Origin: Burkholderiaceae bacterium
GTDB lineage: Bacteria > Pseudomonadota > Gammaproteobacteria > Burkholderiales > Burkholderiaceae_C
NCBI GenBank assembly: GCA_036520715.1
Contig: DATDJF010000353.1
Coordinates: forward strand, 55-64,054
Direction: 5' to 3'
Length of the DNA stretch: 64,000 nt
The first letter of the stretch is position 1. Every line of letters starts with the position of its first letter. A model generated the notes under the pieces. The model saw only the letters and a list, made by a program, of their open reading frames with translations, was not told the DNA's origin and did no database searches. Positions 28,556-42,860 of the stretch are shown here, piece by piece. A program made the translations under genes and the position numbers.

Positions 28556-30109
28556 TCACGGCCGCGGCCGATCGCTCGGGTAGGCAGGCAGTTGAAGCCT
28601 TTCGAGCGGGCCGCGACCGTAGGCGGCACTCAGCTCGGCCAGGCGCCGCCCAGGCTCGTCGCCGACTTGGTCCCAGCGGAAGCGCCAGGTCCAGCAATCG
28701 AGGCTGCCCGGCGTGTTCATGCGGTGCTCGTTGTCCTGGCCGAGCGCGTCCTGCAGCGGGCACAACGCCAGCTTGGCCACCGAGGCCCATGCCGCACGGA
28801 TCATCGCCCAGTGCACGTCGTGCTCGTGCGTGTCGAGATAGATCTGCGCGAATCGACGCTCGCGATCGCTGGCGCTGCGCCACCAACCCCGCGCCGTGTC
28901 GTTGTCGTGCGTGCCCGTGTAGACGCAGCAGTTGGGGATGTAGTTGTGCGGCAGGAACGGATGGCGGGCATCACCGCTGAAGGCGAACTGCAGCACCTTC
29001 ATGCCGGGCAGCTCGAAGGCGTCACGCAACGCTTCGACATCGTGCGTGATCACACCCAGGTCCTCGGCGATCACGGGCAGGTCGCCCAGCGCCGCGCGCA
29101 ACGCGGTGAACACTTCGTGGCCGGGCGCGCTCACCCAGCGACCCTCGACCGCGGTCGGGCTGTCGGCCGGAATCTCCCAGTAGCCTGCGAACCCGCGGAA
29201 GTGATCCACGCGCAGGATGTCGGCGCGCGTCAGTTCGTGCCGCACCCGCGCGATCCACCAGGCGAACCCGTCGCTCTGCATCGCCGGCCAGTCGTACAGC
29301 GGGTTGCCCCAACGCTGGCCGGTCGCCGAGAAGTAGTCGGGCGGCACGCCGGCGATCACCCGCGGCCGCAGGTTCGCATCGAGCTGGAAGAGCCCGGCGT
29401 TGGCCCAGCAGTCGGCGCTGTGGGGGGCAACAAAGATGGGCAGGTCGCCGACGATGCGCACACCGCGGGTGTTGGCGTAGGCCTTCGCCTCTTGCCACTG
29501 CGTGAAGCAGCACCACTGCACGAACTGCCAGAAGTGCAGCGCGTTCGCATGCTGTGCGCGGACGGTGGCCAACGCATGGGCGTCGCGTCGGGCGAGCGCG
29601 GTGTCCCAATCAGGCCAGTGCCAAATATCGCGCGCGCGGTAGTGCTCGTCCAGCACCATGAACAGCGCGTAATCGTCGAGCCAGGCCGCATGCCGCGCAC
29701 AGAACTCCGAGAAGGCACTGCGGTCGGCCGCACTGCCCCGACTCTCGAAGCCGGCGTGCGCACGGCGCAGCTTCGTCACCCGCCATGGCGAGACGCTCTC
29801 GAAGTCGACCCGGTCGTCACTGAAGCCCTTCAATTCGTGCTCGTCGATCGGATCGAGCCAGCCGTGTTCGATCAACGGTTCGAGCGCGACCAGCAGCGGC
29901 GATCCCGCGAATGCCGACGCGCTGGCGTAGGGCGAGTTGCCCGGGCCGACCGGGGTCAGCGGCAGCACCTGCCAGATGCTCTGCCCTGCGCTGACCAGCC
30001 AATCGATGAAGTGCTTCGTGGTCGGACCGAGATCGCCGATGCCGTGCGGGCCGGGCAGTGCGGTGGGGTGCAGCAGGACGCCAGCAAGTCGTCGGTCGAG
30101 TGTGGGCAT
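28556..30109 (-). CDS. malQ: 4-alpha-glucanotransferase (amylomaltase, GH77)
   Basis: AGVLLHPTALPGPHGIGDLG, LPLTPVGPGNSPY and VDHFRGF are typical GH77 signatures. Confidence 0.9.
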   Translation of the reverse strand: MPTLDRRLAGVLLHPTALPGPHGIGDLGPTTKHFIDWLVSAGQSIWQVLPLTPVGPGNSPYASASAFAGSPLLVALEPLIEHGWLDPIDEHELKGFSDDRVDFESVSPWRVTKLRRAHAGFESRGSAADRSAFSEFCARHAAWLDDYALFMVLDEHYRARDIWHWPDWDTALARRDAHALATVRAQHANALHFWQFVQWCCFTQWQEAKAYANTRGVRIVGDLPIFVAPHSADCWANAGLFQLDANLRPRVIAGVPPDYFSATGQRWGNPLYDWPAMQSDGFAWWIARVRHELTRADILRVDHFRGFAGYWEIPADSPTAVEGRWVSAPGHEVFTALRAALGDLPVIAEDLGVITHDVEALRDAFELPGMKVLQFAFSGDARHPFLPHNYIPNCCVYTGTHDNDTARGWWRSASDRERRFAQIYLDTHEHDVHWAMIRAAWASVAKLALCPLQDALGQDNEHRMNTPGSLDCWTWRFRWDQVGDEPGRRLAELSAAYGRGPLERLQLPAYPSDRPRP

Positions 30110-30369
30110 GTCGGTGACGTTGAAGACGGCGGGTCGCTAAGGTGGATCGTATGGCGCGCTGGCTCGATGCGCGTCACTCACTGCGCAGCAATGCTACACA
30201 GACGTTGCTCGCAGTCGGAATGAGTGGATGCCTTCCAGTGGGTTTGTACCTACGGTGCGCGTCACAGCCTTGCTTGAGCAGGTGCGGACCCCTCTGTATA
30301 TTCGCTACAAAGTCAACAGAGGAGCCGTTCGCGAGATGCTTCGCGGCGCGGTGCTCCAGGAGACAGCGC

Positions 30370-31488
30370 ATGGCGGATGTACAACTGCGCGACGTCGCGA
30401 AATCGTTCGGCAGCGTGCAGGTTCTGCGCGACATCAACCTGCACATCGCCGACGGCGAGTTTGTGGTCTTCGTTGGCCCGTCGGGCTGCGGCAAGTCCAC
30501 GCTGCTGCGCATGATCGCGGGGCTCGAAGACATCACCGCCGGCGAGCTGACCATCGGCGGCGAGCGCGTGAACGATGTGCCGCCCGCCGAACGGGGCGTT
30601 GCGATGGTCTTTCAGTCGTACGCGCTGTACCCGCACATGACGCTGTACGACAACATGGCGTTCGGCCTGAAGCTGGCCGACTTGCCGAAGGCTGAAATCG
30701 ACGCCGCGGTGAAAACCGCTGCCGCGACTCTGCACATCGAACACCTGCTCGACCGCAAGCCCAAGGCGCTGTCGGGCGGCCAACGCCAGCGCGTGGCGAT
30801 CGGCCGGGCCATCGTGCGCAAGCCCAAGGTGTTCCTGTTCGACGAGCCGCTGTCGAACCTCGACGCCGCTTTGCGCGTGCGCATGCGCTACGAGTTCGCG
30901 AAGCTGCACGAGCAGCTCAAGACGACGATGGTCTACGTCACTCACGACCAGATCGAGGCGATGACGCTGGCCAGCCGCATCGTGGTGTTGTCGACCGCCG
31001 GCCGGATCGAGCAGGTCGGTGCCCCGCTCGAGCTCTACGAGTACCCGGTCAACATGTTCGTCGCCGGATTCATGGGCTCGCCGAAGATGAACTTCCTCGC
31101 CGGCGAGGTCGTCGAGGCCGGGGCAACAGAGGCGATCGTGCGGCTGAAGTCGGGTGCGCCGATCCGCATCGAGGTCGACGCGTCCAAGGCCCGGCCGGGC
31201 GACGCGGTCACGCTGGGCATCCGGCCCGAGCACTTCGTGCCCGATGCCAGCACCAACACGATCGAATCGACCGTGGCCTTCCTCGAGTCGCTGGGCAACA
31301 CGACGCACGCCTACTTCGCCTATCCGGGCGTGGAGGACGCGCTGACCTGCGATCTGGCGGGACACGCGACGCTGGCGGTCGGCGACACGCTGAAGATCGG
31401 CATCCCGGCCGATTGCTGCCACTTGTTTGACGACAAGGGCAACGCCTTCAAGCGCCACTACAAGATGCCTGTGCGGCGTGCGGCATGA
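30370..31488 (+). CDS. malK: maltose/maltodextrin-type ABC transporter ATP-binding protein
   Basis: Walker [24 protein letters not shown], Walker [12 protein letters not shown], and a C-terminal regulatory/TOBE-like domain. The start is Met77 of the track ORF. Confidence 0.85.
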   Translation: MADVQLRDVAKSFGSVQVLRDINLHIADGEFVVFVGPSGCGKSTLLRMIAGLEDITAGELTIGGERVNDVPPAERGVAMVFQSYALYPHMTLYDNMAFGLKLADLPKAEIDAAVKTAAATLHIEHLLDRKPKALSGGQRQRVAIGRAIVRKPKVFLFDEPLSNLDAALRVRMRYEFAKLHEQLKTTMVYVTHDQIEAMTLASRIVVLSTAGRIEQVGAPLELYEYPVNMFVAGFMGSPKMNFLAGEVVEAGATEAIVRLKSGAPIRIEVDASKARPGDAVTLGIRPEHFVPDASTNTIESTVAFLESLGNTTHAYFAYPGVEDALTCDLAGHATLAVGDTLKIGIPADCCHLFDDKGNAFKRHYKMPVRRAA

Positions 31489-31564
31489 GCGCGCCGATGG
31501 GCATGGAGTCCGAGGAGCGAGTCTTCGTTCTCTGCGATCCAATTCCGGCTTACAAGGAGACACC

Positions 31565-32758
<1,194 letters not shown>

Positions 32759-32769
32759 ACGGCCAGGCA

Positions 32770-32802
32770 GCAGCCGCCGTTGGTGCAGCGGCTGCCCCTT
32801 TT
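32770..32802 (+). terminator. intercistronic hairpin / partial terminator after malE
   Basis: GCAGCCGC (10-nt loop) GCGGCTGC followed by CCCTTTT. This fits higher expression of the binding protein than of the permeases. Confidence 0.4.
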
Positions 32803-32891
32803 GCAGGGCTTGGGCCGAGCGCGGGCCCCAGATTCCGGGACCAGCCCGGCAACGGGACTGCCAGCGACGGCACACTCGAAAGCACGACACG

Positions 32892-34460
<1,569 letters not shown>

Positions 34461-34463
34461 GCC

Positions 34464-35354
<891 letters not shown>

Positions 35355-35372
35355 AGGACCCGGCGCACGACG

Positions 35373-37088
35373 ATGATGCCCGGCCGCTCGCTGCTCGCGG
35401 CATTCGTGCTCGCCGCCACGCTGGCCGGCTGCACGCGCCCGGCGAAGGCGCCGGACGGGGTCGCCGGCAGCTTCGCCGACAACCCGATCGTCTACTTCGT
35501 CATCACCGATCGTTTCCTCAACGGCAACCCGGCCAACGACGGCAGCTACGGACGCACCCGCGAGGCGAACCCCAAGGACGACGTCGGCACTTTCCACGGC
35601 GGCGACGTGGCGGGTCTGACCAAGAAGCTTGAAGAGGGCTGGTTCAAGGAGCTGGGTGTCAACGCGATCTGGATCACGGCGCCGTACGAACAGGCTCACG
35701 GATGGGTGGCTGGCGGCCAGAAGGAGTTCAAGCACTACGGCTACCACGGCTACTTTGCGCTCGACTTCACCCGGCTCGACCAGAACATGGGCACGCCCGA
35801 GGAGTTGCGCGCCTTCGTCAAGACGGCGCATGCGCAGGGCATCCGCGTGCTGTTCGACGTCGTGATGAACCACCCGGGCTACGGCGACCTGCGCACGCTC
35901 GGTGAGTACATCTTGCAGCCCGCGAGCGACAAGAAGGTCGGCATGCTGTGGTCCGGCTGGGAGAAGGCGACGCTGTCGGACTACCACAGCTACATCGACT
36001 ACAACGATCCGGCCTGGCTGCAGTGGTGGGGGCGCGACTGGATCCGCGCCGGCCTGCGCGGCTACGACGAGGGTGGCCGCGACGACCTGACCGCGCAGCT
36101 GGCCTACCTGCCCGACTTCAAGACCGAGCAGACCAAACCGGTGGCGCTGCCGCCTCTGCTCAAGGCCAAGGCTGACACCCAGGCCAAGGAGTTGCCCAAC
36201 GCCACCGTGCGCGACTACCTCGTCAGCTGGCTGTCGTCATGGGTGCGCGACTACGGCATCGACGGGTTTCGCGCCGACACCGTCAAGCACGTCGAGTCTG
36301 AGTCTTGGACCGCGCTGAAGAAGGCGAGCAACGACGCGCTGGCGGCGTGGAAGGCGGCCCACACGAGCGAGAAGATCGATGATGCGCCGTTCTGGATGAC
36401 GGGCGAATACTGGGGCCAGGGCATCGAGCGCAACGCCGTCTACGATGCCGGATTCGACAACATGATCAACTTCGACTTCCAGGAGCGCGCCGAGGCGGTG
36501 CTCCGGGATTCGCTGGACGCCGCGGCGCTCGACAAGCTCTACGCAGACTATGCCCGCGTGCTGGCCACGCCGGCCCGCCACAACGTGCTGTCGTATCTGA
36601 GCTCGCACGACACCAAGCTCTTCGAGCGCAGCCGCCTGATCGATGCCGGCAGCGTGCTGCTGCTGGCGCCAGGAGGTGTGCAGATCTTCTACGGCGACGA
36701 AACGGCCCGCCCACCGGGGCCGGCGCCCTCGGGTGACAAACAGCAGGCCACGCGCTCCGACATGAACTGGGCCGCACCCGACGCCGCCACGCTCGAACAC
36801 TGGCGCAAGCTCGGCCAGTTCCGCAAGCGCCATGTCGCGCTGGCTCGCGGTGTTCACACGAGGCTGGCCGATTCGCCCTACACGTTCAGCCGCGTCGCCG
36901 GCGACGACAAGGTCGTGGTCGCGCTCGGCGTCAGCGGGTCGCCAGCAGTGCTCAGGGTCGGCGGCGTGTTCGCCGACGGCACGTCGCTGCGCGACGCCTA
37001 CAGCGGTGAGAGCGCCAAGGTCGAAGGCGGCGAGGTCGTGCTCAAGCCGCATGCGCGCGGCGTCGTGCTGTTGGAGGCGGTGAAATGA
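35373..37088 (+). CDS. alpha-amylase family (GH13) lipoprotein
   Basis: Lipobox LAGC. The GH13 regions are DVVMNHPG, GFRADTVKH, GEYWG and YLSSHD. Confidence 0.85.
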   Translation: MMPGRSLLAAFVLAATLAGCTRPAKAPDGVAGSFADNPIVYFVITDRFLNGNPANDGSYGRTREANPKDDVGTFHGGDVAGLTKKLEEGWFKELGVNAIWITAPYEQAHGWVAGGQKEFKHYGYHGYFALDFTRLDQNMGTPEELRAFVKTAHAQGIRVLFDVVMNHPGYGDLRTLGEYILQPASDKKVGMLWSGWEKATLSDYHSYIDYNDPAWLQWWGRDWIRAGLRGYDEGGRDDLTAQLAYLPDFKTEQTKPVALPPLLKAKADTQAKELPNATVRDYLVSWLSSWVRDYGIDGFRADTVKHVESESWTALKKASNDALAAWKAAHTSEKIDDAPFWMTGEYWGQGIERNAVYDAGFDNMINFDFQERAEAVLRDSLDAAALDKLYADYARVLATPARHNVLSYLSSHDTKLFERSRLIDAGSVLLLAPGGVQIFYGDETARPPGPAPSGDKQQATRSDMNWAAPDAATLEHWRKLGQFRKRHVALARGVHTRLADSPYTFSRVAGDDKVVVALGVSGSPAVLRVGGVFADGTSLRDAYSGESAKVEGGEVVLKPHARGVVLLEAVK

Positions 37089-38692
37089 AGCGGCTCGCGG
37101 CCCGGTGCGCGCTGACGCTGGCGCTCGCCGCGACGCTCGCCGCGTGCGGCGGCGGGGGTGGCACGACGGGCAGCGCACTGCTGCCGCCGCTCGATCCGAC
37201 CTACCGGGCCAGCGGCAGGGCCGCCGCCGGCGAGGTGTTCGTGCACCTGTTCGAATGGCGCTGGAGCGACATCGCGCGCGAGTGCGAGACCTTCCTCGGA
37301 CCAGCGGGTTATGCCGCGGTGCAGATATCGCCGCCGAGCGAACACGCCGTGATCACCAGCGGCGTCGGCTACCCCTGGTGGCAACGCTACCAGACCGTCA
37401 GCTATCGGCTCGACCAATCGCGGTCGGGAACGCTGGCCGAGTTTCGCGACATGGTCAGCCGCTGCAACACCGCCGGCGTGAAGATCTATGCCGACGCTGT
37501 CATCAACCACATGACCGCGGGCGCTGGCACCGGCAGCGCGGGCAGCACGTACAGCAAGACCGACTACCCGGCCGTGTCCTGGGGAACCGGCGACTTCCAT
37601 GCGGGTTGCAGTGTCGGCAACTACGCCGACGCCGCCAACGTGCAGCTGTGCGAACTCGTCGGACTGGCCGACCTTCGTACCGAAGACGACGCGGTCCGCT
37701 CGAAGATCGCGGCCTATCTGATCGCACTGCACGCCGAAGGTGTGGCGGGGTTTCGCATCGATGCGGCCAAGCACATGCAGCCGCGCGACATCGACGCCAT
37801 CGTCTCGCAAGTCAACTCGGCGGCGCTGGCCGCCGGCCGCCCGCTGCCGTACTACTTTCTCGAGGTGATCAACAACGCCGGCGAGGCGGTGACGGCCGAG
37901 CAGTACTTCGGCGTCGGCTACGCCGCAGGCGGCGCGGCCGACATTACCGATTTTCACTACGGCTATCGCATCACCGACGCGTTCACCGGCCGCAACGGCG
38001 CCACGTTGGCCTCGCTGCAGACCTTGACCAGCTCGCTGCTGCCGACCAACAAGGGGGTCGTCTTCATCGACAACCACGACAACCAGCGCGGCGACAACCT
38101 GTACTACGTGTCGACCGTCGGCGGCGTGCCGGTCTACGACCTGGCCGCGATCTTCATGCTCGCGCATCCGCACGGCGCCCCGAGCGTGATGTCGAGCTAC
38201 GGCTTCGACCGCAGCACGCAATCCGGCCGCGACGCCGGCCCGCCGTCGTCGCCGCCCGGAGTGACGCAATCGACCTACGATGGCCAGGGCAACACGCGTT
38301 GCACCGCGACGATCGGAAGTGTCCAGGTCGGCAGCTGGATCTGCGAGCACCGGCTGGTGGCGATCGCCAACATGGTCGCGTTCCGCAAGGCCACGGCGGG
38401 TGCGCCGCTGGCGGGCTTGCGCACCATCAACGCCGACAACAACCGCATCGCGTTCGCACGCGACGGCAAGGGCTTCGTCGCGTTGAGCCGCAGCGTGGCG
38501 GCCACGTTCAGCGCAGCGACCACCCTGCCCGACGGCAACTACTGCAACGTCGCCCGGTTCACCTACCAGCCGGCCAGCGGCGGTGCGGGGGCCAGTTGCT
38601 CCGGTGCGCCGGTCAGCGTGGCCGGCGGCAGTGCGTTGATCGATCTGCCCGCCAACGGCGCGGTGGTGCTGCACGTCGGTGCGAAACTGTGA
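37085..38692 (+). CDS. alpha-amylase (GH13) lipoprotein, second paralogue
   Basis: Lipobox LAAC. Motifs are VHLFEWRWSDIA, DAVINHM, GFRIDAAKHM, FLEVI and FIDNHDNQR. The start overlaps the upstream stop (ATGA). Confidence 0.85.
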   Translation: MKRLAARCALTLALAATLAACGGGGGTTGSALLPPLDPTYRASGRAAAGEVFVHLFEWRWSDIARECETFLGPAGYAAVQISPPSEHAVITSGVGYPWWQRYQTVSYRLDQSRSGTLAEFRDMVSRCNTAGVKIYADAVINHMTAGAGTGSAGSTYSKTDYPAVSWGTGDFHAGCSVGNYADAANVQLCELVGLADLRTEDDAVRSKIAAYLIALHAEGVAGFRIDAAKHMQPRDIDAIVSQVNSAALAAGRPLPYYFLEVINNAGEAVTAEQYFGVGYAAGGAADITDFHYGYRITDAFTGRNGATLASLQTLTSSLLPTNKGVVFIDNHDNQRGDNLYYVSTVGGVPVYDLAAIFMLAHPHGAPSVMSSYGFDRSTQSGRDAGPPSSPPGVTQSTYDGQGNTRCTATIGSVQVGSWICEHRLVAIANMVAFRKATAGAPLAGLRTINADNNRIAFARDGKGFVALSRSVAATFSAATTLPDGNYCNVARFTYQPASGGAGASCSGAPVSVAGGSALIDLPANGAVVLHVGAKL

Positions 38693-38738
38693 TGTGGGGC
38701 GCTTGTTTATTTCGTCGACCCCTGCAAGGAGAACGTAC

Positions 38739-39221
38739 ATGCAAAAACGACTGATCCTCGCTGCCGCCGCGGCGGTGCTCGCTCTCGCTGTCGGCGTGCC
38801 GCTGGCCCACGCCCAGGCGGCGCCCGAGGTGGCCAAGACCCCGGACGGCATGGTCGCGATCCACTACTTCCGCCCCGACGGCAGCTATGACGGCTGGGGC
38901 GTGCACCTGTGGGAGAGCTTCGAGAAGGTCGAGAACGGCAAGATCGTCGCGCCGAGGACCATGGCCGACACGCCGATTCTGGGCATCTCATGGGCATCGC
39001 CGATGAAACCGACCGGCAAAGACGGCTTCGGCATCTACTGGCAGGTCAAGGCCAACGAGTTCCGCAACGGCAAGTACAACTACATCATCCACAAAGGCGA
39101 CTCGAAGGACTGCACGAGGGACTCGGTGTGGTTCAACACGCAGGGCAACACCATCTTCATCAACCAGGGCGACTGCACCGCCTACTTCAGCGCCGAAGAC
39201 GCCATCAAGGCACGCAAGTGA
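38739..39221 (+). CDS. secreted stand-alone CBM41 / pullulanase-associated-domain protein
   Basis: Signal peptide followed by IHYFRPDGSYDGWGVHLW...IIHKGDSKDCTRD...IFINQG, which matches the PUD/CBM41 pattern. There is no catalytic domain. Confidence 0.6.
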   Translation: MQKRLILAAAAAVLALAVGVPLAHAQAAPEVAKTPDGMVAIHYFRPDGSYDGWGVHLWESFEKVENGKIVAPRTMADTPILGISWASPMKPTGKDGFGIYWQVKANEFRNGKYNYIIHKGDSKDCTRDSVWFNTQGNTIFINQGDCTAYFSAEDAIKARK

Positions 39222-39268
39222 GACGACGGCCAATGCGGCGACGCGCCCGACGCCGCCGCATCGGCGCG

Positions 39269-39318
39269 AAAAAAGAGCGCCCGGTCGGGCGCAAAAAAGA
39301 GCGCCCCGTGGGGCGCTC
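39269..39318 (-). terminator. tandem (duplicated) rho-independent terminators after the porin gene
   Basis: On the minus strand, hairpin GAGCGCCCC/GGGGCGCTC is followed by T6. Hairpin GCGCCC/GGGCGC is then followed by TCT6. The two units are near-identical copies of about 24 bp. Confidence 0.7.
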
Positions 39319-39353
39319 GAATCCAGCAGTCGCTCTCGCTCGCTAGGTTCTGC

Positions 39354-41757
<2,404 letters not shown>

Positions 41758-41881
41758 GCTGCCTCGTCAGCCGCAGCGCCCGCCTGCACGGGCGACAGCG
41801 ACCCCCTCTCGCATACGCAGCGCGACTAGCCGCACCCCATCGCATCCACCGCGATTGCGCATCGTTGTCTCCCTCCTCGTC

Positions 41882-41897
41882 GACCGATGCATCGGTC
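41882..41897. promoter_or_regulatory. perfect 16-bp palindrome (candidate operator)
   Basis: GACCGATGCATCGGTC lies in the AT-richer divergent glk / SDR intergenic region. Confidence 0.4.
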
Positions 41898-41924
41898 TAT
41901 TCGTGTTCGATTCTCGCCGTTCCA

Positions 41925-41941
41925 ATGTAGCGAAACTACAT
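41925..41941. promoter_or_regulatory. candidate HexR/RpiR-type operator (ATGTAG-N5-CTACAT)
   Basis: 17-bp palindrome ATGTAGcgaaaCTACAT. The same TGTAG-N5-CTAC core recurs at 42079. Confidence 0.45.
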
Positions 41942-42078
41942 GGACATTTCCATTGAGGACAGTCAGAGCCGGCGCATGATTTGTTGCCCATGCGACACGT
42001 TTTGCTTGGCGGGTGTGGATGGACAAGGGTAAATCCTTATGTGGAACCAGGGTCGACGCGTGGCGCCCAGTACAGTCT

Positions 42079-42093
42079 TGTAGTCAAACTACG
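42079..42093. promoter_or_regulatory. second candidate HexR/RpiR-type operator (TGTAG-N5-CTACg)
   Basis: TGTAGtcaaaCTACg lies about 35 bp upstream of the SDR start. Read another way it is GTAGT-caa-ACTAC, a perfect 13-bp palindrome. Confidence 0.4.
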
Positions 42094-42126
42094 GTCTTCT
42101 GAGGACTGGCGTCGAGGAAGGCGTTG

Positions 42127-42840
42127 ATGCGGCAGCGGGTACTTGTGACGGGCGCATCGCGCGGGCTGGGTGCGGCACTTGCTCGCGAGTTTTGCAAGCG
42201 CGGGCATCGCGTTTTCCTCGTCGCGCGCGACGCCGAGGACCTTGCGCAGCTAGCAGCAGAGATCACTCGCTCGCAGAGGGCAGGCGCCGCCACTTGGCGT
42301 GCGCATGACCTGCGTGACGTGGAGAGCACCGAAGCGCTCGCGCGCGCCGCCGAGCACGCTTTGGGTGGGATCGACATTCTGGTCAACAACGCCGCGATCG
42401 GGCCGTACCGGCCGTTCCTCGACAACTCGACTCAAGACCTGCACGAACTCCTGGCCTTGAACCTCGAGGCGCCGATGCAGCTCACGCACGCGTTGCTGCC
42501 GGGCATGCTCGAGCGTGGCAGTGGTCATGTCATCAACATCGCGTCCGACTTGGCGCGGCGCCCGCTGGCTCAGATGGCGCCGTATGTCGCCAGCAAGCAT
42601 GGCCTGCTGGGCTTCGGCGCCTCGTTGCACCGCGAAGTGCGCGGGCGCGGGGTCCGCGTCACCACGGTGATGCCCGGGGTCATCGACAGCTCGTTCAACG
42701 GCAGCGTCGAAGGCAGTCGCGACCAGCGCTGGGCGCTGCCGACCGCCGCCCTGGCGCAGCAGGTGGTGGATCTGTCGGAATTGCCCGCCACGATGGTCGT
42801 CGACGAGCTGGTCGTGCATCCGGCCGACGGCGACTACTGA
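42127..42840 (+). CDS. short-chain dehydrogenase/reductase (SDR)
   Basis: VLVTGASRGLGAALA (TGxxxGxG), NNAA and YVASKHGL (YxxxK). GAGGAAG lies upstream of the ATG. Confidence 0.8.
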   Translation: MRQRVLVTGASRGLGAALAREFCKRGHRVFLVARDAEDLAQLAAEITRSQRAGAATWRAHDLRDVESTEALARAAEHALGGIDILVNNAAIGPYRPFLDNSTQDLHELLALNLEAPMQLTHALLPGMLERGSGHVINIASDLARRPLAQMAPYVASKHGLLGFGASLHREVRGRGVRVTTVMPGVIDSSFNGSVEGSRDQRWALPTAALAQQVVDLSELPATMVVDELVVHPADGDY

Positions 42841-42860
42841 GCCACCTCAGCTGGACATCC

